Shown here: positions 1 through 9,080 of the stretch, piece after piece
Layout: each line of letters begins with the position of its first letter
How positions within the stretch are numbered: the stretch's first letter is position 1
DNA from: a virus
Lineage: Duplodnaviria; Caudoviricetes
Strand: one strand, 5' to 3'
DNA: 64,000 nt
Virus record (IMG/VR): IMGVR_UViG_3300050156_000193
Location: 1-64,000 of that record
Position numbers and translations under genes: made by a program
Notes under the pieces: model-generated
Database searches by the model: none
What the model saw: only the letters and a program-made list of their open reading frames with translations
What the model was told of the DNA's origin: nothing

Positions 1-127
1 CGGGTTCAACAACGGGTTCAACAACGGGTTCAACAACGGGTTCAACAACGGGTTCAACAACGGGTTCAACAACGGGTTCAACAACGGGTTCAACAACGGG
101 TTCAACAACGGGTTCAACAACGGGTTC
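1..127. repeat. 12-bp tandem repeat (CGGGTTCAACAA) x >=10.5, coding VVEP on the minus strand
   Basis: Perfect copies visible at 1-120 plus a partial copy. Confidence 0.97.
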
Positions 128-442
128 TGAAGTGGTGGTCACTACTTCTGCTGAAACTTCAGTCTCTGCAATTTGGGCTTGAAGTTGATCATAGGTCAAC
201 CCGTTTTCCAGGACAGACTCGTGGAACGTCGTGACGGGGATTTGAGGTTCCGGGACCACAATCGAGACCGGTTCGATACTTTCAACAATGTCGATCCAGC
301 CAGCAGCTAGAGCGCTATCGAAGATACCTCGCTCTAGGTCCAGGGGGTCAGCTTCTTTGCTTTGACCGGGAGGAATTTCAAAGAATCCGCCCTTAAATAC
401 AAGAGTAGATACCGGGGATTTGTTTAGGATGTGCTTAGGCAT
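1..442 (-). CDS. Hypothetical protein with C-terminal (VVEP)n repeat, truncated at window edge; absent from ORF track
   Basis: Manual translation from ATG at 442: MPKHILNKSPVSTLVFKGGFFEIPPGQ...TTTSEPVVEPVVEP; frame stays open to position 1. Confidence 0.8.
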   Translation of the reverse strand, partial: MPKHILNKSPVSTLVFKGGFFEIPPGQSKEADPLDLERGIFDSALAAGWIDIVESIEPVSIVVPEPQIPVTTFHESVLENGLTYDQLQAQIAETEVSAEVVTTTSEPVVEPVVEPVVEPVVEPVVEPVVEPVVEPVVEPVVEPVVEP

Positions 443-462
443 AAATGAGTGATGGTTGATGA

Positions 463-846
463 TTAGTAGTAAGTCGGGTATGAGTTTGAGTAGGACCCGT
501 AGTCGGAAGAACCTTGATTAGACAAAGCTTTATGGATCAATGCAGCAGAACCTACTCCTGCCACAGTTTTCATTCTAACCGAATTATCGGCTTTTGTCGA
601 GGCTTTGGCAGCTTGGGATAGCTTATCCGCAAAACGCTGCTGCTGGCTAGCCAACCCCGGATGCACGCCCTTGGCCATAGAAGCTGCATGGCCCATGGCG
701 TGAGCCTGGGTTCGAAGCTTAGACGAAGAAGATCCCAGGATCCTATCTGTGAACCTTGAAACGTGATCAATCGCTTTAGCCGGGTGGCGAAGAACTGGGT
801 CGGAAGACCTTAGCGCACGTTGAAGATAGGCTTGAAAAGAAGGCAT
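463..846 (-). CDS. Small hypothetical protein, probably virion-associated (Ala/Gly/Lys-rich)
   Basis: 127 aa ORF; composition resembles the head-module proteins. Confidence 0.6.
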   Translation of the reverse strand: MPSFQAYLQRALRSSDPVLRHPAKAIDHVSRFTDRILGSSSSKLRTQAHAMGHAASMAKGVHPGLASQQQRFADKLSQAAKASTKADNSVRMKTVAGVGSAALIHKALSNQGSSDYGSYSNSYPTYY

Positions 847-890
847 TGGTATGGTAGAATGAGTACTTCTCCATTTTAAACCAAGTTCAA

Positions 891-1805
891 ATGCCTATTT
901 CCGCAAAGATCATCGAAGACTCGGTCTCTGATCAAGGCGTTCGCCTAACTACGATGCAGCTAGTCTTTCCCAGATTTATCCTCAGCGAGTTCAACACGCA
1001 TCGGGCGTTTTCTCGGAATGCATCTTCCTCCCGTGCCATCCCCGTAACAAAGATGCTAGAGATGGTTTCAGCAGAGCCGGCAATGCCTATACACTGGGGG
1101 CAAAATCAAGCTGGAATGCAGGCTAAGTCAGAATTGACAGGGGACAAGGCTGAACTTGCAAAGCAGCTCTGGATCAATGCTGCTACCAATGCAGTAGAAG
1201 TAGCTAGGGACATGGAGGCGTTAGGTCTGCATAAGCAAGTATCTAATCGTATCCTGGAACCTTTCCAGCATATGCACGTTATTGTTACTTCTACAACGGC
1301 AGGCTTGGAGAACTTCTTTTCTTTGCGGGACCATGAGGACGCTCAGCCGGAGATCCAAGCTCTTGCCCAAGCTAAAAAAGCAGCTTTAGCAAATTCCACC
1401 CCGAAAGAACTCAAGCCTTTTGAATGGCACCTTCCTTACCTGACCCGGGAAGAAGTCACCAGTTTAACCCTGACGCAAGCACTTCAAGTGTCTGCTGCCC
1501 GTTGCTGTAGAGTGTCGTACTTGAAGCATGATGGAACCAATCCCTCTATTGATGAGGACTTGAAGCTCTACCACCGGCTTGCAGGATCCAGTCCCATTCA
1601 CGCTTCTCCTTTGGAACACCAGGCTACTCCTATTGAGAGAGGTTATGGAGTAAAGTGGAGGTCCCAGCCGTCCGGTCAAGGCCCCAGTAGGAATGCCGTA
1701 TGGGTAGAAGAGTCTAAGTTGACCGGGAACTTTCAAGGTTGGATTCAACATCGTAAACTCGTTGAATACGGCTTAGTTTCAAACCTAGGTGGAAACCTTG
1801 CATAA
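891..1805 (+). CDS. thyX: FAD-dependent thymidylate synthase (ThyX/Thy1), phage type
   Basis: RLTTMQL..PRFILSEFNTHRAFSRNASSSRAIP, SAARCCRVSY and HASPLEH motifs. Confidence 0.9.
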   Translation: MPISAKIIEDSVSDQGVRLTTMQLVFPRFILSEFNTHRAFSRNASSSRAIPVTKMLEMVSAEPAMPIHWGQNQAGMQAKSELTGDKAELAKQLWINAATNAVEVARDMEALGLHKQVSNRILEPFQHMHVIVTSTTAGLENFFSLRDHEDAQPEIQALAQAKKAALANSTPKELKPFEWHLPYLTREEVTSLTLTQALQVSAARCCRVSYLKHDGTNPSIDEDLKLYHRLAGSSPIHASPLEHQATPIERGYGVKWRSQPSGQGPSRNAVWVEESKLTGNFQGWIQHRKLVEYGLVSNLGGNLA

Positions 1806-1819
1806 ACCGCGTTTTTAGA

Positions 1820-1855
1820 TTCAACTAATTCAGGTTTCTTTGGTATAAGATTAGT
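1820..1855 (+). promoter_or_regulatory. Phage early-type promoter motif, copy 1
   Basis: TTCAAC-N18-TATAAG in TGGTATAAGATTAGT. Confidence 0.7.
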
Positions 1856-1911
1856 GTAAACAGGGTTTTCAAGACAAAGCCCTACACCGAATTCTCTTAA
1901 CAGGAAGCATC

Positions 1912-2451
1912 ATGGATATCCCTCTTGACAGTTACCTGAATGTACTCAAGCCAAAGCCTGTAGTGTATAAGACACCCCAGCAGATTTTTGATAAGGCACT
2001 CCAAGTTCTGTTCAATCAAAAGGGGCCTTGCATTCGAACAGAAGACTCCTCTGGCGAAATGTCACCGTCTACCTTCAATCTGTATAATCACCGGTCTCCT
2101 TTGCTAAGCATGGTGAGCATAGATCGTTTAAGGATCTTACAGCGCGGGATAGGATACGAGACTCTTCGGGATCTCACTGATCTGAAGTCAAAGATTTCAC
2201 CTTCTACAGATTCAACTTCCCCTCTTGTAAGGACCCTTACGGAGGTCCTCGCACTTGAAGGAGTAGGTCCTTTCGAGATTGCTCTCTTAGCAGACCTGGA
2301 AGAGCGGCATCTCCGCTGTGCCAAGACCTGTATTGATAACAACTGGATTGACCATCCCAGTTTGAAAATGAGTGCTGTGTACAACTCTTTCTCAGATGCT
2401 GCCTGGGACTGGGGTCTTCAACGGGGAGCCTTGAAGTTCTATAGCCCTTGA
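1912..2451 (+). CDS. Hypothetical protein
   Basis: 179 aa ORF with AGGAAG RBS, downstream of promoter motif. Confidence 0.7.
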   Translation: MDIPLDSYLNVLKPKPVVYKTPQQIFDKALQVLFNQKGPCIRTEDSSGEMSPSTFNLYNHRSPLLSMVSIDRLRILQRGIGYETLRDLTDLKSKISPSTDSTSPLVRTLTEVLALEGVGPFEIALLADLEERHLRCAKTCIDNNWIDHPSLKMSAVYNSFSDAAWDWGLQRGALKFYSP

Positions 2452-2564
2452 TGCAATTCGGTCCATAACAACTAGGCTACCAAAGCTTCTGCTCGCTCTC
2501 AAAACAAGGCGACTACAAGTCGCACAGCTCTTCAATCCATCAACACTTTTGCGGGGAAAACGCA

Positions 2565-3431
2565 ATGCTCAAATCTCTCTTATTTGCAGTAAGCACTGCT
2601 TTACTTTCGTGTACGGCTTTTGCCGCCAAGCACCCTATCCCTCCTACGCCGACGCCTCAGGTCTGCGACTGGAGTCACCCAGGAGCTGCACCCTACAAGG
2701 GGCAAGTCTCTGATGCAGTGAAAAGCTTCCAGTTTCCGGCCGACGTTCAAGCAAAGTTCTTGGAGAAGCTCAAGCAGCGTCCCAGCCAAGTTGCAGTGGC
2801 AGTGCAAATTTCGGAGAAAGGTATTTTTGACGCCCAAGGTCAGGAATACTCCAATCTTCGAGACATGCACTGGCGAGGCGGCTTGTGCGTAGGGCCGGTG
2901 ACCGGGCTTCAGAATTGGGGGGCTACTCGAAAAGAGCCTGGGCTGGTTTACTCAGTGGTCGGCAATGACGGTACTGAGTACTCGATCCTGGTCCCCAGTA
3001 TTTGCCACAATGTGGCCTTGATCTCCAAGGCATCGAAGGGTGCGCCTACCGGACCGTCTGGCCCTGGCCTGCGAACCCCTCCTGTGGTTATTATACTCCC
3101 CCCGGAAGGAGACACTCCTTTGATCCCCTCTGGTGGACCTGGATCTCCTCGGGATGGAAGCACTATTTACGTCGAACGGAGCGGGCCTTCTTACCCGACG
3201 GTTCCGGAGACTCCGGTAGAGCCGATGCCTCCGATTCATGCTTCGGTCCCTCCGAGCACGTATACCTGGATCAATCTGTCACAATGCCCGGGGTGCAGTA
3301 ACTCAGTGGGGACTATCCCTATCGGGTATTTCGAGCATTGTGCACCGATTCCTGAACCGGAGACTTGGGCGTTGATGTTGGCAGGGCTGGGTATCATAAC
3401 CTTCGTGAGTCGCCGCAAAAAGCCCCAATAA
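2565..3431 (+). CDS. Secreted PEP-CTERM sorting-domain protein, MHFG-family-like
   Basis: N-terminal signal peptide; CDWSHPGAAPY...LRDMHW...LVPSICHNV core; Pro-rich linker; C-terminal IPEPETWALMLAGLG..SRRKK. Confidence 0.85.
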   Translation: MLKSLLFAVSTALLSCTAFAAKHPIPPTPTPQVCDWSHPGAAPYKGQVSDAVKSFQFPADVQAKFLEKLKQRPSQVAVAVQISEKGIFDAQGQEYSNLRDMHWRGGLCVGPVTGLQNWGATRKEPGLVYSVVGNDGTEYSILVPSICHNVALISKASKGAPTGPSGPGLRTPPVVIILPPEGDTPLIPSGGPGSPRDGSTIYVERSGPSYPTVPETPVEPMPPIHASVPPSTYTWINLSQCPGCSNSVGTIPIGYFEHCAPIPEPETWALMLAGLGIITFVSRRKKPQ

Positions 3432-3449
3432 CTTCCCCCTTCCTTTCTC

Positions 3450-3474
3450 AAAAGCCTAGTTGAACTAGGCTTTT
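3450..3474. terminator. Intrinsic (bidirectional-type) terminator
   Basis: AAAAGCCTAG-TTGAA-CTAGGCTTTT. Confidence 0.8.
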
Positions 3475-3491
3475 CTTAACTGGAGATTTTT

Positions 3492-3698
3492 GTGAAAATC
3501 GAACAAACCCCCAAGTTTCAACCTATCACGATAACGCTGGAGACTGCCTCTGAGGCGGAAGTTCTCTGGGCGGTATCGGAGGCCCATGTCAAAAACCTGC
3601 GGAACAAAAGCACGGTTCTGACAGATGAAGAAGCCGGCCAGCATGCGTTCTGCATCAGTCTCGCCAACAAGTTTTCTGAACTTCAGCTTGGGGGGTGA
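3492..3698 (+). CDS. Hypothetical protein
   Basis: 68 aa ORF, GTG start, GGAG RBS. Confidence 0.6.
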   Translation: MKIEQTPKFQPITITLETASEAEVLWAVSEAHVKNLRNKSTVLTDEEAGQHAFCISLANKFSELQLGG

Positions 3699-3704
3699 GT
3701 AAAA

Positions 3705-4148
3705 ATGGCTGAAATCCAATCCCCAGTCGACGTCTTCCTCGGTGGAACCTGCAACGGATCCACTTGGCGGGACCAAGTCATTCCTGTCCTGGAAGAAAGG
3801 GGTTTTTCTTATTTCAATCCAGTAGTAGAAAACTGGACCCCTGAGTGCATGGAGATCGAAAAGTACCACCGGGAAACTGCAGGTACCATTCTTTATGTGC
3901 TTACGCCGAGAATGACCGGGTATTACTCTGTGGCAGAAGTTGTTGAAGATTCCAACAAGCGTCCTCAGAATACCAAGTTGGTTCTTGTTGAAAACGACGA
4001 AGGCGCTGAGTTCACCTCTCATCAACTCAAGTCATTGAAACAGGTCGCCGCTTTGGTTAAGAAAAATGGGGCTGAAGTTTTCCTTTCCTTTGATGAATTC
4101 CTCAACTACCTGCACAACCCCCTACAAGCCACGATTCTTGGTGTCTGA
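3705..4148 (+). CDS. Nucleoside 2-deoxyribosyltransferase-like protein
   Basis: VFLGGTCNGSTWRD...FNPVVENW...E...AE motif pattern. Confidence 0.75.
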   Translation: MAEIQSPVDVFLGGTCNGSTWRDQVIPVLEERGFSYFNPVVENWTPECMEIEKYHRETAGTILYVLTPRMTGYYSVAEVVEDSNKRPQNTKLVLVENDEGAEFTSHQLKSLKQVAALVKKNGAEVFLSFDEFLNYLHNPLQATILGV

Positions 4149-4305
4149 CGAAGACGGTCCCCTCCGGGCTTTCTTCGATAAGGACCAAGCTCAGGCTTGG
4201 CTTCTGCCTGGGATGACTCTCACGGTTCTACCCAGGCCCCCTCGAATCACCAAGCTTCAAAAAGAAGTTGAGCTTTCCCAACAAACAGGGGAAGCGACGT
4301 TTTAA
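4066..4305 (+). CDS. Hypothetical protein (start uncertain)
   Basis: ORF fills the gap in a same-strand operon. Confidence 0.45.
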   Translation: MGLKFSFPLMNSSTTCTTPYKPRFLVSDEDGPLRAFFDKDQAQAWLLPGMTLTVLPRPPRITKLQKEVELSQQTGEATF

Positions 4306-4354
4306 CTGACACCCCTCAGATTTCCCCCAACCCTTTACCTACTAAGGAAAAACC

Positions 4355-4669
4355 ATGCTTTTCGGTCTCATCCCCGCCCGCACTCCCGGTGCTGTTCGCA
4401 GCGCCTCCTACTGGGTCCATGACGAAGAAGAAATCATCGACCTCACCGTGGAACCTTCACTGTTCAAACAGTTGATTGGGTTTCGTTCAGAACACAAGTC
4501 GTTCTACATTCTGCGCTCCGCTGACTTTGGTCAAAACGCCAATGTCTGGATGCGTGGTTTTGGTCGAGTTGCTACCAGTGCAGAGCTGGATCAAATTGAA
4601 CAGGGCCTAGAGCTTGTTCTTCGGCGGGAAGCCAAGCTCTGGCCTCACGCTCAACTTGCTACGCTTTAA
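4355..4669 (+). CDS. Hypothetical protein
   Basis: 104 aa ORF with AAGGA RBS. Confidence 0.7.
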   Translation: MLFGLIPARTPGAVRSASYWVHDEEEIIDLTVEPSLFKQLIGFRSEHKSFYILRSADFGQNANVWMRGFGRVATSAELDQIEQGLELVLRREAKLWPHAQLATL

Positions 4670-4716
4670 GCCTCCTCAGTCCCTACCTCAACCCTTCTTT
4701 CTACAAGGAAATTTCC

Positions 4717-5316
4717 GTGTCTTCTCTCACCGACGCTTCCCTTTTCAAAGCCCCTGAACACTCCCTGGATCAACGGGCGTTTCACATTACCCACCTTCGG
4801 CCACCGTTGACCGGCCAGATTTATGGAGAAGGACCTTATCGGCTGGCAGGTCAAGGCGTTCAGCCTCGAGGCGGGGTGACGCTTGCGTTTATGATCAAGC
4901 CAATCTGCCTTGCCCCCTACGAGGAGCCGGGTTACCAGGTGAACTACGGGATCTCCGTCTGTAATCCTTCCGACCTTTACAACAAAAAGGAAGGAGCTGC
5001 TTTTGCTACGGCCAGGGCACTGCAGTCCCAGGTTTCAGCATATTCCTCCCCTTGGGATGGCTGCCAATTCCTGGGGACTGGGGCGTTCTGGATTCCGGAA
5101 ACGGCCCTTGAGATTCAAGGCATTCGGTACGTGCGAGGCCATTGGGAAGTCGATGGCCCGGCTCATCCCAACCATTTCTTGGTGGCAGGCTCCCTCTTCA
5201 ACCATGAGATGTTTCACCGGAAAGGTGACGTAGAGTTCCTGCGCAGCCAGCAAGGGGTCGTGGAAAGCTTGGACATTGCGCGCATGATTGTGGCGACGGC
5301 ACTGCTGGATAAATAA
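4717..5316 (+). CDS. Hypothetical protein
   Basis: 199 aa ORF with AAGGA RBS, GTG start. Confidence 0.65.
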   Translation: MSSLTDASLFKAPEHSLDQRAFHITHLRPPLTGQIYGEGPYRLAGQGVQPRGGVTLAFMIKPICLAPYEEPGYQVNYGISVCNPSDLYNKKEGAAFATARALQSQVSAYSSPWDGCQFLGTGAFWIPETALEIQGIRYVRGHWEVDGPAHPNHFLVAGSLFNHEMFHRKGDVEFLRSQQGVVESLDIARMIVATALLDK

Positions 5317-5334
5317 GCCCAGTAGATTAATCAG

Positions 5335-5365
5335 AAACAACCTAGCAGATACTAGGTTGTTTTTT
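5335..5365. terminator. Intrinsic terminator
   Basis: AAACAACCTAG-CAGATA-CTAGGTTGTTTTTT. Confidence 0.8.
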
Positions 5366-5381
5366 AATAGGACACAGGAAA

Positions 5382-5936
5382 ATGTCTAATCATATGTTCT
5401 TCACTTCAGATACTCATTTCGGTCACGCCAATATTATCAAATACTGTGACCGGCCGTTTTCATCGGTAGAAGAGATGGACGAGGTTTTGATTCAGAATTG
5501 GAATTCGGTTGTAAAGCCTGACGATACGGTTTATCACCTAGGAGATGTTGCTTTTTACAAGGCCAACGAAAAGTTCAATTCGGTGATTAATAGGTTGAAT
5601 GGGTATAAGCTTCTGGTTATGGGTAATCACGATAATCCGGTTCAGACCTCTCACTCTCCCTTCTACCAGATTGATTTCAGAGTCCTGGAAATAACCAGGG
5701 ATCGAGTATTAGTAACCTGCTCTCATTTCCCCCACCTAAGCTGGGCAGGCTCTCATCGAGGCGCCTTTAACCTGCATGGCCACATGCATTCCAAGACCCC
5801 AATCTCCGACAAGACGGCTCGGCGTTATGATGTCGGGGTGGACGCCAACAACTATACCCCCGTAGCCTGGGAAGACATCAAAGCTGCCCTGGATAAAATT
5901 CCCAGCCCAAAAAGCAAACGTGCTCGAGAAGATTGA
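5382..5936 (+). CDS. Calcineurin-like metallophosphoesterase
   Basis: SDTHFGH, LGDV, GNHD, HGHMH and DVGVD motifs. Confidence 0.9.
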   Translation: MSNHMFFTSDTHFGHANIIKYCDRPFSSVEEMDEVLIQNWNSVVKPDDTVYHLGDVAFYKANEKFNSVINRLNGYKLLVMGNHDNPVQTSHSPFYQIDFRVLEITRDRVLVTCSHFPHLSWAGSHRGAFNLHGHMHSKTPISDKTARRYDVGVDANNYTPVAWEDIKAALDKIPSPKSKRARED

Positions 5937-5953
5937 GCCGGCCTCAACCCCCA

Positions 5954-5989
5954 TTCCCAAAATTTGTAATTTCTTGGTACAAGAATAGT
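5954..5989 (+). promoter_or_regulatory. Early-type promoter motif, copy 2 (variant)
   Basis: TTCCCA-N18-TACAAG in TTGGTACAAGAATAGT. Confidence 0.55.
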
Positions 5990-6004
5990 AGAAAGGGCAT
6001 TTCT

Positions 6005-6454
6005 ATGTCAAAGACTCACCGAAGAGCTTCGGCTCGAGGATCTCAACTAGGATTGGATCTAGGCCCAGTCCCGAATTCTGCAGAAAAGCAAAAGTGCTTG
6101 GATGCAGTAGAAAAGACTCGGCAAAGCTTGGCTCAGCAAGAAGAAGAACTTGGGCGAGCTTTGTGCTACCGAAAAGAGCTTTCACAAGAAGAGTCTGAGC
6201 TTCGCTATAGCTGGCAAATTGGAGCGTGGCAAGGGCATCCTGATGCACAGGCCATTGCCGCTCTCTTGACCCAACCTGGCGTTAAAGGTTTTTACCGGGA
6301 CTTGGCGGCTCACCTCACCCGTTTCGGAATCTTAGTAGAAGTTGGTCAACTACTACCTCTCAGCGGAGACGGACTGGCCAAAGGTTTCATCGGTAGAGCC
6401 TGGCAGCGAAAGTTGTATGTAGAATTCCCACTTGACAGTTTTCCAATTTCTTAA
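6005..6454 (+). CDS. Hypothetical protein (start revised to ATG 6005)
   Basis: MSKTHRRAS start lies just after the promoter motif and GAAAGGG RBS. Confidence 0.6.
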   Translation: MSKTHRRASARGSQLGLDLGPVPNSAEKQKCLDAVEKTRQSLAQQEEELGRALCYRKELSQEESELRYSWQIGAWQGHPDAQAIAALLTQPGVKGFYRDLAAHLTRFGILVEVGQLLPLSGDGLAKGFIGRAWQRKLYVEFPLDSFPIS

Positions 6455-6502
6455 TTTCCCAGCCTAGACAGGCTTTTCTCTACTTCTCTAAAGGAACTCA
6501 AA

Positions 6503-8581
6503 ATGGACTTCGGATCAATCAAAGCAGCTGTCGCTGCTAAATTCACTACTTTGGCTAAGGGTCAGCTTTACCGTTCATCGGTGAGCAAAGACGACCTCTG
6601 GACACATTACTTGGCCAGTTTCCCGGAAGGGTCCAACCCCCTTTTCAAAGAACGCTCAGAGCACGATTGTAATTGCTGTAAGTCGTTCATCCGCGCCGTA
6701 GGGGACGTTGTCGCCATTGTGGATGGGGAACTTACCAGCATCTGGGATGTCAAGCTTACAAGGGATGAGCCTGAGTACCAGGCAGTAGCAGATGCAATGT
6801 CAGCCCTGGTTAAAGCCCATCCCATCAAGGATCAGTTTCTGCATTACGAAGCTACGGCAGGTCAAGACAAGTCCTTTCAGCAAGCAGTGGACGGGGTGAA
6901 AACCTGGCGGCACTTCTTCGTCAACATCCCCGCAAAGTATGCCCCTAAGGCGGATACAATTGCAACGACGCTGAGCCAGAAGCGAAGTTCCTACGATGTT
7001 CTGGTACGCAGCCTGAACGAAATCTCCCTGGATGCAGTGGATACCGTCCTGGAACTGATTGCAAACGGGTCTCTCTACCGAGGGGAGGAACATAAGTTTG
7101 CCGTGACTGAGTTTCGGAAACTGAAGATTAAGTCTGAGGCTTCCGGAGAGGCAGGCACTCATTTGCTTGCTTGGCAGAATCTGGACAAACCAGAGTCTGT
7201 GCTGAGAATCCGGAACTCTTCGATTGGAACGCTGCTGACTGCCGTTTCTGAAGGGAAAGACCTGGAAGTAGCTGTCAAGTCCTTTGAGGCTATGGTTGCC
7301 CCGTCCAACTACAAGCGACCCACTGCTTTGGTAACCAAGGGGATGATCGAGAAGGCAAAGCAAACTATCGAAGAAATGAGGCTAACCTCTGCACTTCAAC
7401 GCCGGTACGCAGTTCTGCCAGACATCACGATCAATAACGTACTGTTTGCAGATCGAAGTGCAAAAGCAGTGCTGACAGGGGACGTCTTCGATGAGCTGAC
7501 ATCTTCAGTGGCTACGATACCTAAGAGCTTGGATAAGGTAGAAGAGGTTCCTATTAGTAAGTTCGTGTCAGACATTCTACCATTGGCTACCTCAATTGAA
7601 GTGATGGTGGAGAATCGCCACACTTCAAACTTTGTCAGCCTGATTGCCCCTACTGATCCCTCGGCAAACCAACTGTTTAAATGGGGGAATGGATTTTCCT
7701 GGTCCTACGCAGGAGAAGTGGCAGACTCTCTTCGGGAAAAGGTAAGGGCTGCAGGGGGTCGAGTGGATGGGGTCTTGCGATTCTCTCACAGTTGGAATCA
7801 TGTAGGTCGAAACGCCAGCCTGATGGATCTTCATGTGTTTACCCCCACTTCAACCGGGCTCACTCATAAAGATGGGTGTCACGATGGCTACCCAACCGGG
7901 AGTCGAGTAGGTTGGAATAGCCGCACCAATAGCGTGTACAAGGGGGTGCAAGATGTGGACTACACTGATGCAGCACCTGAAGGGTATGTCCCAGTAGAAA
8001 ACATTACCTTCCCTGATATGAAATTCATGAAGGAAGGTGCTTACATTTTCAAAATTCACAACTGGGCGCTGCGTCAACCAACTAATTCCGGGTTCAAAGC
8101 AGAGATTGAATTTGAAGGTCAGGTTTTCGAGTATGATTTTCCTCGCCCCTTGAAGCACAAGGAGTGGGTTACCGTTGCCGTTGCAACTTTGAAGAACGGC
8201 AAGTTTACCATTGAGCACAAGATCCCTGTAGGCCAAACCTCTCGTCAAGTTTGGGGAATCCCGACCCAGACTTTCCGCAAGGTAAACGCCGTGATGATGT
8301 CTCCGAATTTCTGGGATGACCAGGTAGGGATTGGCAACAAGCATTTCTTCTTCATGTTGGAGGGCTGTGCTAATGAGTCTCAGGCTCGGGGGTTCTACAA
8401 CGAATTCCTTAAGTCCGAGTTGGATCCTCATCGCAAGGTGATGGAAATGGTAGGCTCTAAGCTGAAAACAGCTCCTGCGGCTGAGCAGCTGAGCGGAATC
8501 GGGTTCTCTTCTACTCAACCGAATACCCTTCTTTGCCGGGTTAAAGGCAAATTTACACGCACCATCAAAGTCGTGTTCTAA
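6503..8581 (+). CDS. Large phage hypothetical protein (HDCNCC motif; C-terminal YfaP/DUF2135-like segment)
   Basis: 692 aa ORF with AAGGA RBS; MDLHV...DVDY segment; family recalled from other lytic phages, unverified. Confidence 0.65.
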   Translation: MDFGSIKAAVAAKFTTLAKGQLYRSSVSKDDLWTHYLASFPEGSNPLFKERSEHDCNCCKSFIRAVGDVVAIVDGELTSIWDVKLTRDEPEYQAVADAMSALVKAHPIKDQFLHYEATAGQDKSFQQAVDGVKTWRHFFVNIPAKYAPKADTIATTLSQKRSSYDVLVRSLNEISLDAVDTVLELIANGSLYRGEEHKFAVTEFRKLKIKSEASGEAGTHLLAWQNLDKPESVLRIRNSSIGTLLTAVSEGKDLEVAVKSFEAMVAPSNYKRPTALVTKGMIEKAKQTIEEMRLTSALQRRYAVLPDITINNVLFADRSAKAVLTGDVFDELTSSVATIPKSLDKVEEVPISKFVSDILPLATSIEVMVENRHTSNFVSLIAPTDPSANQLFKWGNGFSWSYAGEVADSLREKVRAAGGRVDGVLRFSHSWNHVGRNASLMDLHVFTPTSTGLTHKDGCHDGYPTGSRVGWNSRTNSVYKGVQDVDYTDAAPEGYVPVENITFPDMKFMKEGAYIFKIHNWALRQPTNSGFKAEIEFEGQVFEYDFPRPLKHKEWVTVAVATLKNGKFTIEHKIPVGQTSRQVWGIPTQTFRKVNAVMMSPNFWDDQVGIGNKHFFFMLEGCANESQARGFYNEFLKSELDPHRKVMEMVGSKLKTAPAAEQLSGIGFSSTQPNTLLCRVKGKFTRTIKVVF

Positions 8582-8601
8582 TCTTTCTACAAGGAAAAAC
8601 C

Positions 8602-9018
8602 ATGTCACAAGACCTGTTTCAAGTCGCATCGCGCAAGAAGTTTCGTTTCGAGTCCCCCAAGGGCGCAATCTCGACCGAAGACCTGTGGGACCTCCCGCTG
8701 ACCTCTAATACGGGCCGGGCCAATCTCGATGAGATTGCTCAAGGCCTGTACAAGGCGGTGCGGGCCAGTGCTGAGACGACTTCGTTTGTTACTCCGACGA
8801 CGGCGGCATCTGCTGCTGCGGCAGAGTTGTCGGACAAGTTGGAAATTGTTAAAGCTGTGATTACAGTTCGGATTGCGGAACGTGACGCCGCTTCTGCAGC
8901 TCAGGCTCGCAAGGAAGAGCGGCAGAAGATTCTGGAACTGATTGCTGAAAAGAAGGAAGGCCAGTTGGCTAACTTGAGCCTGGAAGACCTTGAAGCTCGC
9001 CTGGCTTCGATTGCGTAA
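8602..9018 (+). CDS. Phage hypothetical protein, partner of the 692 aa ORF
   Basis: ASRKKFRF.S.KG.ISTEDLWDLPL motif, coiled-coil C-terminus. Confidence 0.7.
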   Translation: MSQDLFQVASRKKFRFESPKGAISTEDLWDLPLTSNTGRANLDEIAQGLYKAVRASAETTSFVTPTTAASAAAAELSDKLEIVKAVITVRIAERDAASAAQARKEERQKILELIAEKKEGQLANLSLEDLEARLASIA

Positions 9019-9026
9019 TGCCAATT

Positions 9027-9057
9027 AAAAAACCCAGCTTTGAGCTGGGTTTTTTTT
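9027..9057. terminator. Bidirectional intrinsic terminator between convergent genes
   Basis: AAAAAACCCAGC-TTTGA-GCTGGGTTTTTTTT. Confidence 0.85.
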
Positions 9058-9080
9058 AGACAAAAAGAGTTTACAACTGC

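Noticed and set aside
1-127. 12-bp repeats (also 44660-44766) as a CRISPR array
   Set aside because: Contiguous tandem units with no spacers; both are in-frame coding repeats
7850-8668. Long antisense/alternative-frame ORFs (7850-8668, 17405-18112, 44447-45067, 58379-59257 and similar)
   Set aside because: They overlap better-supported genes that have RBSs and recognisable motifs; treated as shadow ORFs
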